This document shows, in pieces, positions 53,001 through 64,000 of a stretch of 64,000 bases of DNA. The notes below the pieces were generated by a model. It worked only from the letters and a program-made list of their open reading frames with translations. It was not told where the DNA came from and searched no databases. The translations under genes and the position numbers were made by a program. The number at the start of each line of letters is the position of its first letter. The stretch's first letter is position 1. This DNA is from Geosiphon pyriformis uo1 (taxonomy: Eukaryota; Fungi; Glomeromycota), in contig JAAOMT010000664.1 of assembly GCA_016748015.1 (NCBI GenBank), forward strand, positions 1,059,518 through 1,123,517. Direction: 5' to 3'.

Positions 53001-56000
53001 AAATATCCAATGAGATGGAATCAATGAGAGTTCTTTTAGGAATTTCAATGACATTTTTTGTGAGGTTGTGGATGGAGATTTTGAAGTGTTTATAGATTTT
53101 AATTAGTAGGTATAGATTAACAACATTGGTTAAAGAACAGATTTCAAGATTAGTTTCAAATAACAGAACTTGATCTTGGATTTTTTGATTTATCTTGAAG
53201 ATGTATTGTTAGTATAAGAGGATGGAAATAACTGTGTTGGTGTAGATAAATTCTATCTGGTCACTGTTTTCCTCCATAAAGTTGACTGGTACGTTTCCTC
53301 TTCTACTTGATTCAAACCCATTGATTTTTTGGGCAGTAAGACTTAATTCTTCTTAGGTTGTTACCAGAATTAATTGTGGTATTTTGACTAGGAGTAGAAA
53401 GATAACTTGGGCAATTTTTTTTTATAATTCTATTTTGTAAAGTTTGTCTGAATTGTTCTGTAGCATTATAATGATGTTTTTCATATAACCAGCATCAATA
53501 ATTTCTTCTTTTGTGTCAATTTCTTATTTGGCTAGACTAGATCAAGAGACAACTTGTACCATTGTATTAACAGAAATTTCTAATGCTATCTTAAGATCTA
53601 TTGTTACAAAAGAATATAGAACTATAACTATGGATGATTATTTGGGATATTGTAAATTGAATCTAGCATTAGTTTTATGTGCTCTTTTAGGGCAGATTTT
53701 TTTCTCATTGGTACTGTACTATTTTAATTCTAATTTTTTGGAGAGGTCAGAATAAACAAGATACTGTTCTGTTTCAGTATTCTTAGTTGGATCTTGAAAC
53801 AACATGTTCTTGGTGATTAATTCCTCTTCTACTTTGGGCTCAAATAGTTCAGTAATTGGGTATAGTTTTTTTGAAAGTGGGTTGAACATGAAATCATATT
53901 TGTTGCAGTACTGAAAGTAACAAGAAATCAAACAATAATCACACAGTTTCATGTTTAAATCAGCTAACTACTGCTCTTACTCTTTTCAGATTGGGGCCAA
54001 TTTCTGATATCAATCTTAAAATACATTCAGGTTATCTGTAAAAAAATCTTCTGTGATATAGTTGGGTTCATTATATTCTGATATAAACAGATTTTTTTTG
54101 ATTTTTCGTATTTTACTAAGTATGACACTTTTAGCTTTAGCATTCATTATTCTTCATATTTTATGTTTATCATATGAGTAACTATCCAATCTACTGAGTG
54201 CTTGTTTCTAGACATCCTTGATCAGGATTTTTTTTCATACTCAATTATTAATCAAGATAGTGTATTTTTTTGGCAGGATTTCACTACAGGCAAGGCATAG
54301 TGTATTGTCTTATTTATCTTGTTATTTTGGTTTGCCAAATCTTTTCAACACACAAGATTTGTAGTAATATTTGGTGGCAGTTGGTTATTCCTTGTTGTTT
54401 CTAATACATACATTCATAAAAAATAATTTTTTTCCACAGTTAACACAAATTAATTTCAGGATTTGATGCTATTAACTTTCTTAACTTGAACTGGAATAGC
54501 CTACAGATGCCAATTGTAGTTTTTCTTCTGCTTTTTCTTTGCTTTTTTCTTCCCAAGTTGGTAGTAAAGGTAACTCTGCCCAGTAATCATTAGTCCAAGA
54601 AACTTGATAGACTTCTATTGTTGATAGTGGTATTGAGTCTTCAAATTCAATTAGCAGTTTTTCTGGGCTTTAAGCTTTGAAGTGTCCACACATAGCCAGA
54701 AATTGTGTGTGCTGTCTGTTAAAAGTGATCTGTAGTTTTTGCATGTTCTAGTTAAGAGTAGTATTAATTTTGGCTAACCAATTGTTTTCTACAAAGACTT
54801 AATATTGAGTGGTCTCTATAATAAGCACTTTGGTAGGAATTTAGATTTTGTTAATTTTGAAAGGGAAGTTGTTAATTTCTTCTATCAAAGTTTTAATATT
54901 TCTATCTGTAATTATGATTTGAGCAATAGCTGCATGGTCTATTTGGTGATTTAGTTAATCCATGAGTTGTTTTATGATTATACTATCTACTGATCTACTA
55001 TCGAGAATTAATTTGATGTTCATGTTTTCAACTCTAGCATTAGTATACAGAGCAGTTATTGATTTATTCTGATTAATGATAGCTCCACTGAAAAGACTAT
55101 TGGTGTTTAGATAGTTAATGTTAAAAAAAAATATATTGGTCAGAGTAATGTCTTCAGTAATAGTGGCTGGTAGAATAATAATATTGGTTTGATTTCAACT
55201 TGAAGATTTGGACATTTTTTTTACATCCTTCCCTTCTAACAATATAGAACTAAAAAAATTCTGGTTTTCAGTAAAACCAAAATATAAGGCTTGATTCAGG
55301 TATCTGGTTGGTGCTGGTTAAAATAGGGCATTACTCTAATTGAGAGATCACAATAGTCTACTGTTAGTCTGCATCTGATTGTTGCTGGAATTTTTCTATC
55401 CTTGGTTATAGTCAATTATACAAGATTTAGGTGAATTATAGATGAAATTTTGGTACTGTGGTGCTACTTGAATTATTGGCTGTGATGACTGATATTAGTT
55501 TTAAGACAGTTGTTAAATATACATAATTGGTTGTACATATTGGGACAGTAGATACTGGAACACAGGGTATTGGAATTTTATAGGAATACTTTAAGTGTTG
55601 ATATTGAGTTTCTTAATTCTGGTCCACTAATTTCTATTGGCAATTCTGGACAATATGTTCAGATTTCTGGCAATAATAACAATTGCAGAGATTGGATCTC
55701 CAAGATTGTTGTTGTTGCTGACATTTCTGTTGTTGATAATACCTACTGCTGTTATTGTTTTTTCATTGAAGTGGCTGATAAGTTTCTGTAGTACTGGTTA
55801 AGAATCTCTTAATTTTCTGAGTTAATTTTTTATTTAATTGGATTATTTTTGCGTCAATGTCTGCAGTTCTGTTGATAGCTAAATTAACAGCTTGAATGTG
55901 ATTGGCTTCTTGTTCTGCTAACTCAAAATTACAAGCAAGGACAATAGTGTTTGATAAATTTGTTGGATGTTGGAATCTCACAGATCTCAGAAAGCTGCTC

Positions 56001-57277
56001 CTTAGTTCTTTGACAAATTAATTAAGAACTTGCACTATGGTGTAGTAGTCCCTTTCAATTGCCAGTATTTGGCAAAAAACTTGATTGAATCATCTAAGAT
56101 AAGTAGTCACTGTTTCATGATCTTTTTGTTTTATTATACTGAATTGATTCTGTAATCTGATAAGAGTATTGGAGTTGCAAAAATATTATAGAAAGACAAG
56201 TTTAAAAGTAGTAAAGTTGATAAGTTTTTCTGTTAGGCTTTGATACCATAAGTCTGCAATTCTGATCAAAAAGAATGGCAGTGCTTGAATAGCTCTGTTA
56301 TCATCTCAGTTATTGGTGGTAATTGCTTTTTTGGCTTCTGTAATCCACAAGTATGTATTGTCTTCTCCTCCAAAAATTTTTCTAATTTGGCAATATTTCA
56401 GTAGGCTATAATCTGGTAGATAAGTGGAGTCTTACTGGTTAATGCTAAAAAATTTGGGATTTGTATACTAGAGAGTTCTTCTGATGCTAATTTTGGTTGT
56501 TTCTCTTTGTTAATTTTCCCAATGGGCTGGAGGATAGCTGTTTCTTTAGAGGGAATAGTTAATGATTTAGTTAAGGGTTGAATTAGTAGTGGTTCTTATG
56601 TTGACATATTTCTATTTGTTTTATTGATTGTTGGGGTGAGATTCCTAAATAATGGTCTGTATTCTCCTAGAAATTTAGTCCAACTGTTGTAACCCTATGA
56701 GTATTGATTTCCAGAAGTTTGTGGTGTTTCTGCCTGGGTTTTTGTGATTGAGTTAAATACAATTTTACTTTCCAGTGTTTGATAGTATAATAGAGTTGTT
56801 AGGAAAAGGAACTTTGGTTTTTTGTTGATTGTGAAGTGAACTTGTTTTCGTGTGGCTACTGTGCTATTGGGTTTGGACTTGTTTTCTTCAAAGTTGGGCC
56901 TTGCTGGTTGTTTTACTTGAGAATAGCATTTTTCTACATAGTACTCAATGTTTTTATCAAGTATATAAAAAGTTTTGGCTATGGCTTAAGTAGTAGTATT
57001 CATTGAGTGGGCTAATAATTTTTGATGAATTTGTTTTCCAAGTTTCCCAGTATCTGTCATTTGGCCTAAAAAGCAGTCAATTTTTATGTGCAGATTATAA
57101 AATTGGTTTTCTGCAATAACAGTTTCTGTAAGTATTCTTAAGTTTTTCTGAAAGTATTGAAATAATGCTCTTCTGTATAGAGTGTAATTTTTTCCTACTG
57201 TTCTAATAGTTATCACTTTTGTAAATCTTTGGGGTGCTCTGTCTTTGTGAATTTATAATCTTACAGAGAGTACCAAA

Positions 57278-58315
57278 TATTATGGGTAAACTTGATGGAG
57301 TAGAGAAATGGTAATGTTTGGTGCTCTTAATTATTAGTAATATGTCTTTCATATAATTCCATTGGCTTAGTTTTGATTATTAATCTCTAAAGGTTTTATT
57401 TACTGGTTGTGATTTTACCCATTGAGTTTTTTGGTTATAAGACATAGAGATTTGGCTTTTACTAATTGCAACTTCTTATAAATATGAGTTATCTTTTCTG
57501 AACTAATGAGCACAATTATTAAGGTCTAACATTGTTTTTTCACTCTTCTGGTAAGCTACTAAGATAATGTTAATATTCAAAACTTAGGAGGAGCTTCTCT
57601 TTTTTACCAGGCTATTACAAGGTCTATTTTCAGACAATCAATTTTATTATGTTGCCACTTTACAAAAAAATAATAAAAAAAATAATAAAAAAATAATAAA
57701 AATAATAAAATAATAAAAAAATTAATATCATCAATTACTATGATCAAGAGTGATTGGTCCAAATTGTTTAATAGTTTGAGACAGTTATGCTAAGAGCATC
57801 TGTCTTAGAATAAAGGTATAAAACAAGGATTAATTCACATAAAGTTCACAAAGTTTGAGAACATGAATTCATGATTCTGATTTCTCAATAATTAATTTAT
57901 TTCTAAAGATAAAGATAGAATAAAATAAATAATAAAAGGGGTAAGGATATTTGATTTTTGTTTAGTGGTTTGTATTTAGATGTTTGTTTTTTTCTATTTT
58001 CCTTAATTACTTGTTTTTATATATTCTTTTGGTTTTACAGGATTGCTTTTTGACTGTTTTGTTATTTCTAACTATTGTTTTGCTATTTCTGTAATTGCTT
58101 TGTTCTTTTATGTTATTACTAGTTATCCTATGTTATAATATATTATTTGGTATTATTACATGTTATTCTGTATTATCTCATATTATAACATATTATCTTA
58201 TGTTATCCTAAGTTTTAACACATTATCTAACATTATTGCATGCTATTCTGTGTTATGTTACATTTTGGTCATGTTTTTTTATAACTTTAGATTGATTTTT
58301 TCTATTCAGGTAACA
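57278..58315 (-). repeat. Element C 5' LTR
   Basis: Reverse complement of the B-family LTR; PBS adjacent at ~57260-57277. Confidence 0.92.
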
Positions 58316-61300
58316 CTACTTTCAATAGCTATATAAGTGATAAGTCTCTTAGCTATAGAAAGACATGATCAAAGTAATTAAATAAAACTTACTATTAATT
58401 ATTTTTTCTCATATTGCTTATTCTTTTTTTTTATCTTCAAGTATCTAAATATCTTAAGATAAAAGATTACTTGTTAATATTTATATATCTTATCTTTTTT
58501 TCTTCTTGATTTGTATTGTTAAAATTAGCCTGAAAAGTTATTGCTTGCTCTTATGATTTATTAAATAAAGAAACAATTAAAAAGCACAACAATACTTGTT
58601 ATTGATTCTAAGAATTGCTAAGTTGAAGCATAAAATAATAGCAATAATATTATTTTGTGACAATTATAGACTATTTCTCTACCTTTAGATTTTTAGAAAA
58701 GATTTGTAACTGTGATTTTTATGAGACTGATCACACACATTGAATTCTTATTCATTCAATTTGCTCTTTTATTGTAATTCTCTCTTTGATTATTTTATCA
58801 CTCTATAATCCTGTTTTTTTTGCTATTTATTAGCTTGTTATTTTAACTTGTAACATAAAAGTAGTGCTTCTTGTAAGGTTGTCAAAATCTACTTTGTTTC
58901 CTTTTGTATGAGTAATTATTCATATCTGTTACAACAATTAGAAAAACACTTTGAAGCACACAACAAAAATAATCTAGACTTTATTAAACTTAATCTTTTG
59001 CTCTCTTGTTTAATTTGCTTTCTTATTAAAAAAAAATCTAGTAGACAATTCTAAAACTTTTAGAACTGGTTCCTGAATGAGCATTTAACTGAAATCTATA
59101 CAGCTTATACAACCTATTACTTTGACTAAGCTTATTTTGAAAACAACTTTAAAGAAAAAAAGAAATAACAACATTAATTTGCTTTTATATTCCACAACTT
59201 TTAAACAACAGTTTCTTAATTCCAAATACTTAAATCACTAAGTTCACATTTGGATTGCTGCCCATTAGCTAGCTGAAACTTCTTTTGAAACAAAAAAAAA
59301 AAGCTATTAAACCACTCTTGTTTTTGATCTTTTCTCAAATAAATCAGAACACTCTACACAAACAGCTATTTTTGAGCCAATAGCTAATAATACTATGCAA
59401 CAAAACATTCTGGCTACCCTTCAAAACATACAAACCATTTTAGAGCAAAGAAACAATACTTCATTATCTTTATTTAGAGATAATATACAAGATTCAATTG
59501 AATGGTTAGATGATTTTGAAAGAGCAGCCAATACCAATTAATATAATGCTGGGTATAAGTTCCAAATTGTTAATGGCTATCTTTAAGGCTCTTCTGCTAC
59601 TTGGTTTTTACAAAAAACTAATGCTGGTGCTCACCAAAGAATTATTAAATGAACATCAACAAAGGCTGGAAAAGAAAACACCTCTTTTACAATTCAGTTT
59701 GAAACTAAATTTAGAATTTCTATCTTAATCTCAAAATGACATATAGAATTAGAAAAAAAAACTCAAGATCCTGGTAAAGTTGTAACTAAATATGTAAAAG
59801 CAATCAGAAAGCTAATCAAACAGATAGACTTTGAAAGAAACTAAACAAAAGAGCAGAAAATTCACTCCTTTACAAAAAAATTAAGAACTGATTTCTTATA
59901 TGCTCTTTGGTTCTTTCTGGTCCTAAAAAACAATCCTACAATAGATATAGCTATTGAATTTGTCTAATGAATTAAAGACAACCAAAGAATGCACTTAGAA
60001 TCTACACTTTCAATTTTTGTTTTTGTTTCTCAAATGGCTGCTACTTTTTTTACTGCACAGACTCCAAATTCCAATGAACAATTAATAAATAAACTTACAG
60101 CCAAATTTGTCCAGTTATTAAAACTCTTAGTCCAAGCAGTTAGCAAAGACCTAGATTTAAACTCCATTTTAATTAGCTCTAACAACTCTTTTATTAAAGA
60201 CAACAAAATTGTGGCCCATTTGTGTGTTATTACTGTGGATTAACTGGACATTTTTCTAGAGATTGTAACAATCTTTTTCTGTCTCTTCCAACTTCTAGAA
60301 ATAATAATAATCAAAACAACAGAACCAACAACAACAATGCTCTTAATCAAAAACTTAATCATGCCAACATCAATTTTTTTGGAGAGGATTTCTTAATTAA
60401 AGCTACTGTTTATTAGTTTTTAAATTAATAGATGCACCTCCAAAAGGTAAGAGTACAAGCCAACCAGAAAAAACCTTTTTTATGTTTTTAACTTAACTAA
60501 TAATGACCATAACATAAATAAACTAGCAATCAACACCTTTGAATTAACAAGAAAGAAGAAGAAAGCCAAGATTGATTTCATTTTAGACTCAAACAAAGTA
60601 TTCACATTAACTGCTAATAACAATAAACTACCAAAGATTAAAGTTTTTAAGAATTTTTCAAAGCTAGAATTCTCAGAAATTGTACAAAAATCTGACTCTT
60701 ATTCTGTTGTAAAAAATTTCATGGAAACCCCAGCTTATATTATTATTGGCCAGTTAATAATCTATCCACAATTCAGAAAAAATTTTCACAAATCTTTAAT
60801 CTCAAAAAAAAGACACCAAAAACCAAACAAGCATTTTTGCCAAGCTGAATTCATTAACAACAGCAATGTTACTTCTTTAATTTGCAAAATCTAAGTGATT
60901 AGTTACTTTATTGATCTAATTTTAGATAGTGGATTATCTGTTAGTGTCATTGTCAAACATTTTATTAAAGCAATTAGCAGAAAAATTAATAAATTTTTAA
61001 TTAGACCAATGACTAATGTACACAGCAACAAAAAAAAAGAGTTTGGTATAGCCAAAGCTGTTTCTATTTGCATTAATAGTATTAGCATTAAAACTAACAT
61101 GAAAGTATCTAAAGCAAAAGAGTACACCATAATTGTTGGCAATGAGTGGCTCAAAAAAACCAAAACACTACTTGATTATGAACTTTGTAAGCTAATCATT
61201 ACATGTAGTAAAAAACCCATTGTAATTAAATATTATCATTGGACAATTCCTCTAATATCCAAGCAAAATCAAGAAGATAAGCAATTAGATGAATTAGATA

Positions 61301-64000
61301 ATAAAAAGAGTGATGAAAAAAAAGATCAAAAAAAAACTGCTGAACTTGCCTATATTATCTTTACCAATAATAACAAGCCACTAAATAATATCAAAGCTGA
61401 CAAAGAAGGAATTATTGTAACAAGTTAATTTGCTGACTCTACTATGACATACTTAAAAGAACCTTTGACAGAAAACCTAGCAAGAAAGCCAAATACAGTT
61501 ATTAGTAACATAATTCTTGTGTTTGGTGTTAGTGTAATAAGTCTTTGTATTCTCCTAATAATAAATGCAAGTTTTGTTTAATTTATTACAAAGATTGAGA
61601 ACCAATTAGTTTAATATTCAGAGAAGAAATAAAAAAAGTACAAAAGTCTTTTAAGAATAAATTACTTAAGATTTAATCACTTGTAGTAAAACAAAAAAAA
61701 CTTTTTCCTAAAGAAAAAAAAGTAGACATTGAAAATCTGTTGGCTAGAAATAGTTCAGTTATTTGAAAAAAAAGTAATACTCTTAAATAAACTCATGTGA
61801 TACAACACACTATTATTACCAGAGAAACTTGTTTTATCTATTTGAAGTCTTATCAATTTAATTAATATAATAATGAATTTATCAAGAAAGAGATAACCTG
61901 AATGAAAAATCTTGAATTCATACAAAAAACCAAGAGTGAATAAGCTTTTCCAGTTGTAATAATATTCAAGAAAAGTAAAACTCTATGCTTCTGTGTTGAC
62001 TATTGCCAATTAAATATTATTACTATAAGAGATATATACTTACTCCTCAAAATTAATACAATGTTAAACAAATTCAATGGTGTTGCCTTTTTTTCAATTA
62101 TTAACTTAACTGTTGGATTTTGGCAAATAAAGATGAATTCAGAAAGCAGAAAGAAAACTGTCTTTATTATCAAGTATAGTATCTATAAATTTACAGTTAT
62201 GTTTTTTGGTTTTACTAATGCCTTTTTCATTTTTTAATACTTAATAGACAAAGTGTTTAAATCAGTAAAAGAAAACTTTGTTCTAGTCTATTTGAACAAC
62301 ATAATAGTATACTCAAAAACTTGAAATAAACATTTAGAATATTTACAAAAAGTTTTTGACTTTCTTAGAAATACTGGCCTTAAGATAAATCCAATTAAAT
62401 CTTTCTTTGAACAACAATCTACCTAGTTTTTTGGTCATTTTATTACAAAGATGAAATCTTTCTTGATCCAGCTAAAGTTAAAAAAGTTCAGAACATTAGA
62501 CAACTAATAAATATTCTTAAACTATATTCTTTCCTTGGTTTGGCTTTTTACTATTATAAATTTATTAAAGATTTTTCTAAAATTGTTTTTTTTCTTAATC
62601 AACTACTCAGAAAAAATGTCAATTAATATTGAAACACTTATCAACAAAAAGCCTTTGAAACTTTGAAGAAAAAACTTGTTACTAAACCAATTCTTAAACA
62701 ACCTGATCTGGACCAACTTTTTATTTTATACATTAATACATCTGGCTATGAATTTGGCACTGTCTTCTTATAAAAAAATGAAAATAACAGGAAACATATT
62801 ATAGTATATGTCAGTAAAACCCTCACACTAACAGAAAAAAATTATTCAAGAATGCTTAACAGTAATTTGAATTACTAGTTATTAGAATTAATATCTTCTT
62901 GGTGTAAAATTCTTAGTGATAACAAATTATTAAGCTTTGGTTTGACTGCACAATAAAAAAAGCTGAAACACAAACAAATAACTTACTAGATACTCCACCT
63001 AGATGAATTTGACTATAACATTCAATATTACAAAGAAGCTAATCATTAAAATGCCAATGCTTTCTTTAGACTTATCATCCAATGACAATACAATTTTTTC
63101 AAACCAAACTAACTTAATTATTAGTAAACAAACACAATAATGAACTTGGATAACTACTTTGCATTAATGAAATTTTTGAATAAAAAACAATACTTATCAA
63201 ACTACATTTAACAGCAAAAAAAACATTTGTGCAAACAATTAAATTTCCACCAAAACCAACTTTACAAAAAAAACAGAAAAGATTCTAACTACTTCTAAAG
63301 AGTTATAAGATTTGAAAAAAAAAAATTGTGATCTACAACATACATATTAATCTATTAACTAGACACTTTGAAAAAACAAAAATAATTCAGAAAACTTTAG
63401 CTCACTATTATTAGCCTACTTTAGAAAAAAACATTGCTGAGTACATTAAAACCTGTGATATCTGCCAAATAAAAACCCTCCAATCACAAAGAAGATATCC
63501 ATCCAATTTCTGTTAGTCAACCATTTGATAGAATTGGTATAGATATTGTTGGATCTTTAACAATAATTTCTGATGACAATAGATATATTATTATAGCTAC
63601 CAACTATTTTATAAAGTGGGTAGAAACAAAAACCACTTCAAACCAAATAGTAGTCTCAATAACCAATTTCATTTATGAAAATATCATTTATCATCATAAT
63701 TGTCTCAAAGAATTTTTATCTGATAGAGAAAAAGCTTTTCTCAATACACTTGTTAAAAAACTTTGTAGAAAAATAGAAATATATCATAAACTTTTTTTTC
63801 TTACTACTTCTAAACAAATAGTCTAATAGAATATTTTAATAGAACACTATGTGAAATTTTAACCAAAACCAGTGAAGAAACAAACTTATGAAACAAAGTA
63901 CTGCCTTCAGCTTTGTTTGCTTATAAAATTGTAAATTATAACATAACAAATTATGAATCTTTTTATTTGTTCTATGAATACATGGCAACACTATTAATAG

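Larger units (their letters stand above)
49040..58315 (-). mobile_element. Ty3/Gypsy element C (B family, more eroded, ORF3 deleted), 4-bp TSD CTAC
   Basis: LTRs at 57278-58315 and 49040-50040; CTAC at 49036-49039 and 58316-58319; collinear with B, including the dUTPase at ~53300-53720. Confidence 0.93.
48816..64000 (+). mobile_element. Ty3/Gypsy element D (heavily eroded, no dUTPase). Putative 5' LTR ~48816-49039 plus 58320-~58936, split by element C; runs off the window end
   Basis: EWLDDFERAA gag, CYYCGLTGHFSRDC (~60225), LILDSG protease (~60916), RT ~61800-62560, RNase H to 63085 and integrase from 63140. LTR limits are approximate. Confidence 0.8.

Overview
AT-rich eukaryotic genomic DNA, most likely from a Glomeromycota/Mucoromycota-type fungus. 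This is inferred from spliced BTB-BACK-TLDc and tyrosine-kinase-like genes plus a dense, transition-eroded retroelement cluster. The first ~15.5 kb is host-like. It holds a decayed TnpB/Fanzor2-type RNA-guided nuclease relic (~738-1230), an intact BTB-BACK-TLDc gene, an intact TKL kinase with 3' micro-exons, a 5.5-kb segment bounded by ~1.3-kb near-identical inverted repeats, and a broken hypothetical gene. From ~15.6 kb onward is a nested retroelement island. It contains two RNase H-bearing LINEs, AT-eroded Ty3 ghosts and four Ty3/Gypsy (Metaviridae) elements: B sits in the 3' LTR of A, and C sits in the putative 5' LTR of D. The Ty3 elements share an unusual design. Gag-PR is followed by a Cys-rich domain, a dUTPase (in A, B and C) and RT-RNase H, ending in a stop. 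The integrase then starts at its own Met, with splice-acceptor-like sequence just upstream in B, C and D. A and B also carry a homologous, non-env ~240-aa ORF3 next to the PPT. The B/C LTRs contain a 10-bp-phased ATAAC array and an anti-PBS inverted repeat. All calls are from reading the sequence; no database searches were run.
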